Shown in pieces: positions 11,201-24,400 of a stretch of 64,000 nucleotides of DNA. The stretch is from Stylophora pistillata (Eukaryota). The stretch covers positions 16,642-80,641 of the forward strand of contig NW_019218325.1 in assembly GCF_002571385.2 (NCBI RefSeq), read 5' to 3'. The position numbers and the translations under genes are program-made. Below the pieces are notes generated by a model, which was not told the DNA's origin, did no database searches, and was given only the letters and a program-made list of their open reading frames with translations. Within the stretch, counting starts at the first letter, position 1. The number at the start of each line of letters is the position of its first letter.

Positions 11201-14095
11201 AGAATATACATTCTGATGTTAGTTAAAGATTTTTTCTTTGCTGTTCTTAAGTATGTAGGAACTCTGACACTGTATTTTGAGGATACCAAAAGTACCCTAA
11301 CCATAATCTGTCTTTGGAAATTGGAGTGAAAAATTATCTTTTTTTATTCTGTAGAGTGGATAAGAGCTTGGGAAGTTTGTTTTGGTCCCTATTTGGTTTG
11401 ACTGATTTGGACACATTGGCAATTGACAAACCTGAGTTTGGGATCACGCAGCAGACAGGTGTTGCACTGTTTGGCTTCTACCAAGTTCTTATTGTGGTTA
11501 TTGCTTTCAACATGCTGATTGCAATGATGTCAAGGTCATTTGAAACAATTGTGGTGAGTAATTGCTCTCTTGACATAACAATAAAGAATGCCTTTTGTTT
11601 GAGTTATGTGAAAACCAAAACCAAAGTAATCACAACTACCATGCAAACATAACTAAACAAATATCACACGGAGAACTAAAAGTTAAAGTAACAACAAGTA
11701 AACTGCCTGAAGCATGGGAAAACGCCAGTAATCAAGTACTGATTGGTTGTGGTCTTGACTTTGATTGGTTGAGAGAAAGGCACAAATTTCCTGGGTCAAT
11801 CCGAAAGCAAAGTTAAGAAAATCTAATGCAATCCACAATTACTTTCTACAGCGATTGAAGATGCTTTTATTTAAGGATTGTATGCTATGACGCTAGGACT
11901 GCCGCCTTGTTTTTGAAGCAGTCGGGCTACTTTAATTAGATAAAGCAGAGATTACCCAGGGTTTACAATTGAACCAGTAACCCGTAACACCTGTCACGAG
12001 TGTCACTGGTAAGTGTTACGGCTGTCAAAGCGCTTCGACTAGTAGACCAACGCCTATTAAATGCAAATAAAAGAACGCCTTTGGGCAGAGATAATTGAGT
12101 TTAGTATTGAATGTTAGTCGGTTTTAGTTTTCGAAACGAAGAGCCTGACAGCGAACAATCGCTATGCTTCATAACTTCTCCGCAACGTTGTAGGTTCTAG
12201 CCCAGGCCTCTCCAATTAAGATGTCGTCTTCCCACATGCTAAGACACGACCGCTGCGATTTGAATTGGGACTCGCGGGCCTTAAGATACGTAGCCTTAGC
12301 TTCGGCTATGTACTTAGCTGTTACGCATGGAGGTGGCACAGCAACGGCTGTACAAAATTATATTGAGAACCCTGTTACCTGTCTTGATCTTGATACCTTT
12401 GTCTGCTAGTGATTTTCTTTACGGCTAGCTTCTAAAAATCTCAGAAGAACTTTGTGTGTAGTTCGATCAACATATGTTTTAGTTGTTTCATTTTCCAGGA
12501 AGAAGAAGACGTTCACTGGAAGGTGTCAAGGACTCGTATGTGGATGAACTGGGTGAATAAAGGAAGTGTCCTTCCGCCTCCTTACAACCTTATTCCCAAT
12601 CCGACAGACCTCGCTTATGTGATCAAGAGAATGAAGGACAAATACCAAGTAAGTGAAAATTAGCGGGAGTGTTGGAAGAATTAACAAGGAAGGGGGCCTT
12701 TTGTCACTGAGACCCTTTCGGAATAATGAAACTTTTGGTGTCAAAATGTGTAGCTCTTATTCACCTTGAAATGCTCTCCTGATCAGTTTCTCGAGTGAAG
12801 AATTTCGCTCACGGGAGCGTGACTTCATCGCGTGTTTTCGAGACAGACAGTCCAGGCTCTCTCATTCTTTTGTTCTCTGTACTTTACCGCCGCTAGTTCT
12901 CTCCCTTGCTCCACTCTTTTTCTCGTCCACTCAAACTGAGTACACGAGAAAGGCTAGATTTGTTTTAGCATTCGATTCAGTTTAAGCGGAAGGATTGGCA
13001 AGGGATGGATAAAAAGTGAATAGGTATGATACAAGGTGGGGGAAAGTCAGAAAATTGGTAGATTATTTGTTACTTGTTTCAAACAGCAATCGGTAATTGA
13101 GAAAAAAAAATTTTTTAGCTGTCGTCCAACAAACGTGAAACTTTTTGTCCACCTTTCAGAGCCAAGCTACTCCTTACGTAGCTAACAACAACAACGACAA
13201 AAAAAGTTTCAAGAACTGGGCGGAAGTTTCGCGAGAAGAACAAGTAAGTTTCTGGACAACCTGAGTAGCTTCCAGTCAGAAAGAATCTGCGATCGTAACG
13301 TTTTTAAACCGTTTTGAGAATTAACTGGGAACGGGGTAGCAAAAGAAGGGGGGAGGGATGGGGAGGTCCTGATCCCGTTTCACGCACGAATTTTTAGAAA
13401 AATTGATGCGTCACGTATAATTTGAACAGCATTTCATGCCTCACAGATGTTAAAGGGAAAACTTCAATTCTCTCTTATTATGTACATGGTTTCAAAGAAA
13501 TCTTAAGGTTTTCTTGAAACGACAGAAAAAAATCATGGGTCGCTTTTTTTTCATATGGCAAATTACGCCTCACCCTGGTTCATAAATTCTCGAATCACGC
13601 TCACTTTTCTGTAAATTCACGCGTTCGATATTAATTTTGGCCTTATTCATGCATCTAGTACATTACGCATCACGTACGTTTTACAAACCCATTGCTACCC
13701 TGTGAGAACCCCATAGTTTGCAGACCTGCCAGCTTCGTGGACTTTTACGGTAAGTCATATCCTCCGTCATCGTAAATTTGGCTCGACTTCTAAACCTCAA
13801 TTATTTAATCTGTTTCTCTTTTAAGGACGTGTTGAAGATAAATTTGAGTGCGGCAGAAGACAGAAGGAAATACAAAAGGGAAGTACTCGAGCAGATCGTG
13901 GAGAGATATTTACATCAAGTAAGAGAGGAATCCAGGCAGGAAGATTTTGAAAATATTAAAGATATCAAGAATATTCAGGAGTTAATGTGGCAAGAATTGG
14001 GAGGCCATGCTGATGGATTCCCAAGATCTCCTTTGAGACGGAGTTTCCGGGCGCAAAAATCTGTGCAGGTATTTGGCTCCGTTTGGAAAAACTGA
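8203..14095 (+). CDS. TRPC-like (short transient receptor potential) cation channel; exons ~8203-9114, 9196-9517, 10458-10956, 11355-11553, 12499-12648, 13160-13243, 13826-14095
   Basis: N-terminal ankyrin repeats, INSYRALANP, DHEFKRDY..LS..CEEFAVSLLEQCR, VAHPYSQ, transmembrane segments with FGPLQLSL, pore LFWSLFG, NMLIAMMS, TRP-box-like HWKVSR and LPPPYNLIP. All introns are GT-AG with consistent phases. The start codon is uncertain: the frame is open from 8098 after a possible acceptor. Confidence 0.93.
9937..10390. mobile_element. MITE with CAGGGCTCGAAATTAA terminal inverted repeats in a TRPC intron
   Basis: cagggctcgaaattaa ... ttaatttcgagccctg, with subterminal actaacc/gggttagt repeats, flanked by tcaat on both sides. 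Confidence 0.88.
13334..13700. mobile_element. Probable non-autonomous DNA transposon with short TIR and internal TCACGC repeats
   Basis: gggtagcaa ... ttgctaccc ends and many tcacgc/tcacg motifs. A similar motif-rich segment lies at ~51315-51500. Confidence 0.5.
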
Positions 14096-14182
14096 ATTTT
14101 AAGTTTCACTTTTATCTCCGAGTAACAACGCGCGCAACAGTTTAGAGGTGACGCATTTACTACTAGACTTAATAATCAAATG

Positions 14183-14211
14183 GCTGACTGACTGACTGAC
14201 TGACTGACTGA
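14183..14211 (+). repeat. (CTGA)n microsatellite in the TRPC 3' region
   Basis: ctgactgactgactgactgactgactga. Confidence 0.9.
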
Positions 14212-14376
14212 TAAACTGGACACTACTTGCCTGACGGTGTGACTAAAGCTAATTGACTGAAGTTGCATGGAAAGACAAGCAAGGGATTGAATTTTGACAG
14301 GTACAGAGAATTTACATGAATAATTTATCAACAAGTTTTGCTAATCAACAAGTTAAATCAACAAGTTTTGCTAATC

Positions 14377-14660
14377 GCCGCCTGGTTAGCTCAATTGGGA
14401 GAGCGCCGGACTCCTGTGCGGGAGGTCGAGAGTTCAATACCGGCCGGACCAACACTCAGGGTCTTAAAATTAACTGAGAAGAATATGCTTCCTTTCTTTA
14501 ACATCAAGAAATGGTTAGATATTCTAGTCTTCTCGGATAGGGACGAATAAATGGAGGTCCCGTCTCCTGCAGGGTTAGGGGCAGGAGACGTTAATTTCCC
14601 ACGCACGAGATTACTGTGTGATGGATGTCCTCCCCTGGGGTGGTGGGATGGGTGGGTAAC
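14377..14660 (+). mobile_element. tRNA-headed SINE (family B)
   Basis: gccgcctggttagctcaattgggagagcg...ggtcgagagttcaatacc head; body matches 7031-7311 and 19302-19572. Confidence 0.88.
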
Positions 14661-15451
14661 AGGACCCCCCAGTGTTTACTACACTGAAGGGGCTATCCTG
14701 TATAAATATAGATGTCTGTCTGTCTGTCTAATCCCCAAATGAAGCCCTTGCAAATCCTCATTTCAGTTAAGTTTTCACAGTCGGCAAATATGATTAACGT
14801 CGAATTTCAGTGAAGTTTTCAAGTTTGTTTTATCGTCTCAAATATTGTTATTTCAGATAACTGAAGAGACGAGTCTTTGAGAAGTCAGGCAAGCTGACTA
14901 AACTGAATCACACATGAGCTGAAATTTCCATGGACTTCTATGATTGTAATTTTCGTGATTATTTCTAACGAGTGGTGTTTAGCATTGGGTGGAACTTACT
15001 AATAAGTACGGCCTCGCAATCCTTTCAAGTCTCTCGGTCTATAGATCACTTCTTCACAATGTTGCCGTACGTTGCTTATAATTTCAATACGCAATTACCG
15101 CGTTGTAATATTTGTTTGCGGATAGTCGTGTCTGGCGTTGGAGCGGGATCGATGAACACAGCTTACCGCTCTGGTTTTCCTGTAAATCACTTTATCCACT
15201 TAGGAGTGGGTGAATAAACTCATTGATTTCCGTCGAGAATTGGAGATTATGTCTTACATTCCAGGCTGCCATTTCGGTCCCTTTATCTTGATAAAACCTT
15301 AGTAGGCATTATATAAGTCAGGTTTCCAACAGTGTTTAGTATTGTGATAAAACCGTACCATCAACTAAACTAAAAGATACGTGAATGTTGAGTAGCGTTG
15401 TTTAACAAATAAAACTATTCTCAGCAGTACATCATTTTGTGTTCTATATTT

Positions 15452-18400
15452 CTACAGTCCATCCAGAAGTTGTCTTGCTTTTGGTCCAACTTTACTAGCA
15501 AAGAAATAAGCCGGTTTTTCAAGTCCAAGACCGTGGAGATATCGAGCATATTCAGTGTAGACTGCGTGCACCAGGGCAGCTGATTTCAGTGTGTTAAGGA
15601 CATATTCTAAACAGGATTTTGTTGTTTCATGTCACACGTCTTAAGCGCAGTCTACAGGAGACAGAACAGTTGTCACAAGCCTACGAATTTCCAAGCCTAT
15701 TCATTCTTGCATAAACAGTAGTGTTAATATCCATTACCGTGGCATAAATTATCATAATTTTCCGCAATTCACCTGGTCACGATGCTAGTTAATCGAAGGC
15801 AATCACCCATCCCCCGCCCCTCGCTCGTTGCAATTCCTTTTTGTAGCCTTCCTGTCGTACAACAACATCTTATTTTAAAAGGATACTGTTCTTTTCGTCC
15901 GATGGTGAAAGAAAGCCGTATTCTTGGCAGGCTTCGGCAAACAATGCTGCTCGGTCAAAGTAACGCATGCTGCAAATGAACAGAAATACAATTTTAATGA
16001 CTAACACTTCCAAACTCAGAAAACTTTGAGTTCTTGTTCTTACCTGTAGAGCATATCAAGCGCCCTGTAAAACTTTCCTAACGACAGCAACACCAAAACA
16101 GCTTTGCTCTGTAAGAGATTGGGTGTCACAGAAACTTTGATTAAAAACACATATTCAAATATGGAATAAAACATTTGAATATCTCCGTAACACGATTTAT
16201 CTACGCTTATCACGTGACACAGAGCTGAGGCTCTTAATAGGCCTTTTGCAGCTAGAGATCACGAGCTTAGATACCGCATAGCAACGCCAGACTGGAGAGC
16301 AAGCACTGCAGTGATCTCAGTATAGAGGTCACAGAGGTCTGCATTCAAACAAAGAATACAGCGGATAACAGGTCAAAAGGTATCCCAATTCGAGAAATCC
16401 AGTAAGAAGTAATCAACAGCTTCCCCGGGGTGTACCAGCAGCAAAATCACACCAAAATTCGTTTTTCGCTGATACACTCCAAGGAAGCTGTTGATTAAAA
16501 CTTACAAGATTTCTCGAATTGGGATACCCTTTAACTTGTTATCCGCTGTATTCTTTGTTTGAATGCAGACCTCTGTGACCTCTATACTGTCTGAGATCAC
16601 TGGAGTGCTTGCTCTCCAGTATGGCGTTGCTACGCGGTATCTAAGCACGTGATCTCTAACTGCAAAAGGCCTATTTGATTCTCCATGAAACATTTTTAAA
16701 CCATTAGCGAGCGGGAGGCAAATATAGTATTTCGTTGTGATATTGTGTTCCACCCTGACCTGTTGACTAGTGTGTGTACTGGAGAGATGCTCAATCCATC
16801 TCCTCACCACCTCTGCACAGTCTGGATAGTTCAGAGTAGCCTGCAATAATAATCAGTAAAATCCATTCAACCCTGGAGTCCCAGAACTGATTCACATCTC
16901 TCTTCTCCCAACAATATCCATGCATACATTACTCAGCAAACAGGCCAATCACATTACTCACACTTATCAAGAAGTAAATATGATTTGATACTACTCTGGT
17001 TTAAGGATTTAATATATGTAACCGGGGGAATTACAATTCATAGACCCTATGAATTGTAGTTCCCCGGCTACATTCATTAAATCCTTAAACCAGAGTAGCA
17101 TCAAACCGTGTCTGATTGTCCACCTGTTTGCTTTGGGAACTTCAATTTATCAAGTAGTAGTTGTTATCTTGATTTAACACCAAATTCTCATCACAAATTC
17201 ACAAAGAAACTTGTAGCAGCTGAAGAGAGGAATTAAGAACCAGATCTTGAAGGTTACAGGGTTAAAAAGGCTGCTCTAATCGAATATTTTCTTAAATTCC
17301 GAAGTTAATACGAACAAATCATATTCGTGATAGAGGTATTGATATCTAATTCTTACTAATTTTATAAAATTACAATACGGTACAATTTATTTTCGATATA
17401 AATAACAAAGATATCAAATACTCCAGATGATGTTGTATGGTGTCCGAAAACTTTGAAGAAATTGTTTTAATCTATACGTTTCAGCGGTGTTCTCGGTTAG
17501 AGAGCTTTTCGAATAAAAAAAGAGGTGAATATCACAATTTGCCAATAGGAGCTCAAATAACGAACGAGCAAACTTCCAACAGCACGGGAAACACTTGTGA
17601 CCGAGTCGCGGTTGGTTTAATATCGCATCTGATTGGTTAAGAGAATGGAACGTGTTCTTTGGATCAATCACAAAGCTTACGAAGGCAAGTTCGGGTTACT
17701 TCCGTTACACTCTGTTGAAACTTGCCGTATTTGTAGTTTTGCGCGGGAGGAGAAATGGAGGACACACTGAAACAGTATCGGAAATTAATGAATGGGCTGA
17801 GTTATCACCTTTGCAAGCCACGCGGCTCGATCCCATTCACCGTATGTCTGAAGATAACGGCAGGCATCCAGGCCCTTGTCAATCAAACAGAGCAGCTGAA
17901 CTCCCTCTGTACATAGTAACAAAAAGATTAGTGTGAACCCATACAATATCGCCAACTACATTGAACATGCCCGTTAATTGTTCTAATCATGCTCACCTGC
18001 AAGTTTACCGCTGGCGATGAGATTTGTGGCCACCAGTTTGATGGTGCTCTGTGAAGCGCCCGACGAACGAATCGTGGCCACAAGACAGGCTCTATGGAGG
18101 AAAAAAATTAAAGGGAAGAAAGTCGAAGGAAAGACGTCTTTACAAGGGAAGAGTCTAGTCCATCCTTAGACTCTGGAAGAGTCCTCAAAAAGGTCATCAT
18201 TTCAAAACCTTGTTTTATCTTCTACTTTTCGTTCAGGATGTCTTTCAATCAGGTGCCGTGAAACAAAAACCAAAGTTATCAAAACAGCCAATCAGGCCAA
18301 AAGTAAAAAAGAGACGAACTCAAACCAAATACACGTTAGAGTCCAGAAGCGAGGGAAAACGCGTCACTCAATGCCAGTGGTTGGTTTAAGCTTCAATTGG

Positions 18401-21400
18401 ATTGGCTGTGAAGTTCGCTCGGGTTCTTGTGAACCATCAGAGCGACGCATATCAAAACCAAAGCCAATTCAGAGTACTTTCGACAAATAAACACACAATT
18501 ACCAAACTCAGTTCTGGAGTCAAATTTTGCTCCAAGTAAATTTATTGAGCAAAAAATTGATGTTCAATAATACCTTAGAGAGTCCACATAATAGTTATCA
18601 TTGGCGGCATCTGTCTCTAGAAACAACTGCACTGCTCTATCTGCCTGTAACACAATCATGTCATACAACATAAGGCAACATAGTTAAGGCAATAAATGCA
18701 TCATTAAGCCCTTGTTGCTGACGAGATCGTCCAGCGCTGACCACCACAAAAACGTTCTAGGCATACCTATTACAAAGCCGTACTCTTGACGATAGACCCT
18801 AAAGAATATAGTTATTTTTTTTTTCACGTACAAAGTAGGAGAGCCGCGAAGAAGACCTGAGATTGCCATAGCTGTTCATCGAAATTGAAATTGTATCAAA
18901 AGATAGACCAGGCGCTACCTGTGATTTTCAACAACTTTAACTAAGTTTATTGAGTATCAAACAACAAGAAACATATGAAACATATGAAACATATTACTGC
19001 GAAGGATCGTTCTCATATACGTTTATTGAGTGTATAAAACAAATATAAACTCAAACTGTGTTCCTACTTGTCCCAAGAGCACCAGAGTGTCAGCACATTT
19101 TTTTGTGTGTTCGTAGGTGGATCGTTTGCTGTCATGAAGAGCAAGTCGGTCCAACTGACTCCTCTGAGAAAAGATCAAAATATGTACAAATTTGAAAAAC
19201 AAATTGAATTATTACAAACTCATGTGATGAAATTTTCATAGACTCAAAAACAGGCCATTCGCTTTGAACTGGTCGGTAAAAATCAAAGTTTAGTAATATT
19301 NCCCACCCCAGGGGAGGACATCCATCACACAGTAATCTCGTACGTGGGAAATTAACGTCTCCTACCCCTAACCCTGCAGGAGACGGGACCACCATTTATT
19401 CGTCCCTATCCGAGAAGACTAGAATATCTAAACCACTTCTTGATGTTATAAAAAGGCAGCATATTCTTCTCAATTATTTTAAGACCCTGAGTGTTGGTCC
19501 GGCCGGGGCTCGAACCCTCGACCTCCCACACATCAGTCCAGCGCTCTATCCATTGAGCTAACCGGGAGGCGGTCTTGTGGGTATGGGCCGATTGATTGCA
19601 GGAGCCATGATTAATTGCTGTTTTTCAGCAAGGGAGAGGAGTAGGGTTACAGCCCTATAGGGGGGGGGGGAGGTGTAAGGAAGCACACTACTAATTTACT
19701 TACTTAAGAGTCGACTCACCTGGAATGCATCAGTGTCACTGAGTATGTCGTAACAAGTGTCTAGGGAGACTGGGTAGCAGCAGCAGGTTTCGCTTCCATT
19801 CATACCAGTCTCTTCTTGACCACACATGTCTAGGTCATCGTCGATTGATAACAGGTCCAGGCTCCTGGCACTGAAGCTCCGTCTAAGCTTGGCTGTAGTC
19901 TCGGACGGGTTGAAGAGATCAGCAGAGAATGATCGTGCACGATTGTACATGGGTTGATGATCACCCTGCAAGGTAGAGAAAAATCGACAACTGTGAACTA
20001 ATGAGGACGTTTCAAGCACATCCAGCCATCTTGTGGAGGAAAACTCGGTTGACGCACTGAAATTCAGATTCGGGAGGTCTGGGTTAGAGCGATAGAGGTG
20101 GGGTGCGAGAGACTGGGAGAATACTAGCGATAAGCTACTTTCTCATCCAAGAGGAGTAGCAAAGCTGGAAGTCGCGTCATATCATGGATCAGTAGTTGTG
20201 TACCACTGAGCTGAGCTCGTTAAGACTAGCCCCATCGTTCCTCCATTCCCCAACCTAAGTGGTATTTTCAGCCGCAGATACTTAAATTCTTCCTTAACTC
20301 TTACACGCACCTGATGCTTTACGCACAACAACCTGGCCTTTTCTCGTCTGAGGAAGTGAAGAGCAACTTCCCAAAACGTTGTTTCGGATTCATCTCCATA
20401 TAAACTGAAACGAGAAATCATAAACAGAGATTTAAGTCAAGCAATACACGTGAAAACGAGATTTGAAACCTACTCGCGGCACTAAAGCTAATACTATAAA
20501 GAGATTAGCTTTCATTCGTAATTCACTCGTGTTCCCTGATTTAAAGACGGAGTAGTTCATGCTTTTTTAAAAGTAAATGTTTTGAACCCCAAGAATGTCG
20601 TGAAACAGAACATACCAACTTGATTAAAAGATTGAATCTGACCCAAAGCTTTATAACACACTGAACTTACAAAGCAGTAAGGTAGCACTTCTGTGCAGTC
20701 CCTAGTGTAGAATTCTGGAGCAGATTTGCAATGGCTCTGTAGAGAAAAAAAATCATTTCTATGAATGTACCGAGTAAACGTCTCTTACGTTTTGCAGCCT
20801 TCGATGGCAACAGTTGTGAACTTTAATCAGGAATCTCGTAAGACAGGTGTGAAGTGTAATTTCTTCCTAAAGACAACAACATTTCTTATACTCACGGCGG
20901 AATCATTTGTAACTGATCTTCAATAGCACGGAGAGTTTCTTCTTTCTGGATTTCCCTGGATCGATTAAAGTAAATTAAATTTCTTTAATTTTTTGTTTTG
21001 TTTTTGTTTGATTGTTTAGGAGTCTCATTACTGGAACATTAATTCTGTGAGATCTCTCCTGCCAAATTGTTTTTGGGGAAGTTTATAAATAAATAAATAA
21101 ATAAATAAATAAAAGCACACAGAGTAAATACAAAGGTAATGTAAGACTTCAGCTATGGAAATGAAAAACACGAAAAGCTCTACCTTCTACTCAAGAAAGG
21201 AGTAAAATTGGTCTTGCCAATAGGATTTTCATAAAAATATACTTAACGAAATTATTTTCTTGATTTGTGCTCCTTTACGTGTATATCTTAAATAAAAAGA
21301 ACAAACCTAAAGATGAACATCTAAGCACTTTCTTCTCCATAACCCTTTAAACTCTAAAGAGCGAGTAGCATCTACACTAACACTGTTCAATCATTCACTG

Positions 21401-24400
21401 AGATCACGAGTAGAGACGAAATGATTTCCAACCTGACAGGCTCGTTTGTCTAACAAATTCTCCTTGTTAGTACCAAAGGACAAGTATAAAGATGAGTATA
21501 AAGATACTGGATATTGAGGTTAGAGTCTAAAGAGTTTTAATGGAAAGTACAACTCTTTCAAAGTCAGATATGACTGTGTCCTGCAAGCATTACCTCTACA
21601 CATAGAGAAACTAATAAATCTGTGCCTTACAAGTCTGAAATATCTGTAAGTGAGTATTTGTCCCTTCCAAGTGAGTGCTGTAGAATGGACTTAAGAATGA
21701 GACTTGATTTTGGCTCCATGATGTGAGGACACCATAAAGGACCTTAATAACGAAATAGCAAAACAGATGACAATTTACACGGCTGATGCTAATAGAGGAC
21801 AGACAAAAGTCCAACTGAACCAGCAGTAATCAAATTAGAACACAATCTGTTGCAAATGAAGTGCTTTACACCTCTTTGAGGTTCAATAACGAGAGGGGTC
21901 AAATACAAGCACATACCATCAAGATCCATCTGAGCCATAGGTGAGGAAGAGTGTTTTAGATCCATGGTCATGACAAAGATTGCTCCATTAGAGTGGGTGG
22001 TTATTGGTAAGTCTGATGCCAACCAGTCTAGGTCAATAAGTGGGGGAGAATCCTTTGGCAGCTTGTAGTTACTGAATATCTCAAACTTATGAAGAAAAAA
22101 ACTGTACAGTTTAATTTTTTAATCCAACAAGATGCCACAAATCTTGAAATTAACCACAGAAGATAACAATTAAGCCTTTGGCCAACACATTGTTGACATT
22201 GACAGTGCAAGGTGATGGAAAGCTATAAAGATGTCATTCTGAGTAGCATATTTTATAATTGTAGCTCTATCATGTGGTTTCATATGTTTGCAATTTATTT
22301 AAATTACCTTTTGTAGGTCCCAAATATCAACTCCATCACTGAAGAGCACGCCCAGTTTGAAGTTACCCCGCCCAGGACCAAACTTTATTTTCTTGATGTG
22401 TCCTCTGTGTGTTGCAATAGATCTTGTAATGTAAAAAAAAAAGATCAAAATGACTGAAAAAGAAAAATGACTGACAAATGGAAAAACCACAAAAAAAAAA
22501 CATACTCATTATTCCAATAGCAACATAAGTTTTTCCTCTTTAACAAGATACAAAACTGATGTGTTTACCTGGTGACTCTAGCCTTTAATTCCCAGATACT
22601 CAAATTACCATCCACATCACTCAGCACCAAAAAGTCACCTTTCCAAGCTACATAGGTTACAATTCCAAGAGTACTCTGTGGAAGGGTGGAACAAAATCAA
22701 TTACCAGTGTTCAAACAAAAAAATTTATTTCAACTCAAACAGTCAGTTGAGTTGCATTGTAAAAGTCCTAAATACTAAAAGGGATGGGGAGGATTTACCA
22801 TACCTTCTGCCACCAGTTCCCCTAACATCCCCTCCCTAACAGTAACTCATTATTATTACACGACTCAGGCAGTCAGAGGGCTAATAACTAAAATCAACCA
22901 ATCAAAATGCTCTATTGCCGGTCAATATTCTCTCAGTATTGGACCGGGCACTGTCCCGAATGGTCCTGAATGGTCCTGAATGATACTGCACATGTGTCTC
23001 TTTGAACTTCAGTCATATAATAAATCTCTTATTAACCAAGCCTGCTCAGACCTGTACCGGAAGAATATTGGCTCTCGGTCTTTTTTGTACGGACCAAGCG
23101 CAGCGAGGTCCGTACTGTCAAGACCTCAGGCCAATATTCTCCCAGTACAGCCCTCGCACTTGGTTAATAAGATATATGTATCATCAAAACGAGACAAAAT
23201 AACTTTATTGTCCTCAGCAGTTTGTGCAAGAACAACTGACAGAACATTACTAACAGCATGAGTAGCTTACATCACACTGAACTTTGGAGCCATCTTTGAT
23301 CACTGTTCCTTCCACGACAAAATGATACAACACTCTGTCTTGATCCATACATACAAAGTGCTCTTTTATCCAAGACTGAAGGAAAAAAAAGAACTTGTTA
23401 AATATAATCATTAAAAGCTCTTTTGGTGAACCACAAGACAGAAGAGTTACTGATTGTCATAACTGCAATTTGCAACAGTATGTTATCTGTGATTTTACTT
23501 AGATTCGATGCAACAATTACTAAGTATGTCATCAAAACTTCCAATGTGAAAGAAAAACCCCAGAAGATTGGTGTCCACTTGAACTAATTACTAAAGATTA
23601 CAGGTCCTCATTATCGACGCAGCAGAACACGCATTTCTCAACCCGCAGGAATATTTAAGATGAGTTATGGAGTGAGGTTTGCCAGGGATGTCGACCCTTT
23701 AAAGATCTTTCCCCTGCTTGCATTGCTCTTCAGGGCCTCAGACTTTCCAAGGGGTGAAGAAACACTAGTGCTGATGAGATGAGAGGTGAAACACTAGTGC
23801 TGATGAGATGAGAGGTGAAACACTAGTGCTGATGAGATGAGAGGTGAAACACTAGTGCTGATGAGATGAGAGCAAGGGCCTGTCTCCAGACAAATTGCAA
23901 AGTGAAGATGATTTTTTTTAGTAGCTCTATGGGTGAGGGAAGTATTTTCACCTGCGTCTGTGTTTGGTTTGCCCTGCTTGGATCCAAAACATTAGCTGCA
24001 ATACCAGAAGGACTCTGCTCCAACTGCTGACTCAACTTTTTCTTCAAGTGCTTGGAGTGAAGAGATGGTGACCATTCCTGGAGAGTAAAGGACAATGAAG
24101 TTATGGTTCACCATTTGGCCCAGGGCCTTTAACACCCAGAAGCGATGAACATGTAACTTCTCCCAAAATTATCCAAACATAATCCATTATTTTTATAAAA
24201 ATAACGACACATTTGAAACTAAATTAATTTTATAAGACATGTTTCGGTCGTTCAATGACCATCTTCAGTTGAGAGTAGAACTGATCTGAAGTTACCGGTA
24301 CATTTGAATTTATAATATAGTACTAACCAAAAGCTATTGAAACTAACAGAATACCCAAAGGTAACAAAAGAGTGTATAATATGACGTGTTAATTAGAACG

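Noticed and set aside
12290-12355. HDV-like ribozyme on the minus strand
   Set aside because: An acctcc motif and a partial P1 are present, but no convincing P3, P1.1 or P2.
23759-23872. CRISPR-like array
   Set aside because: No unique spacers, lies in a eukaryotic intron, and no cas genes are present.
23600-23885. Extra WDR11 coding exon spanning the minisatellite
   Set aside because: Flanking exons join in phase 0 without it, and the 29-mer introduces stops.
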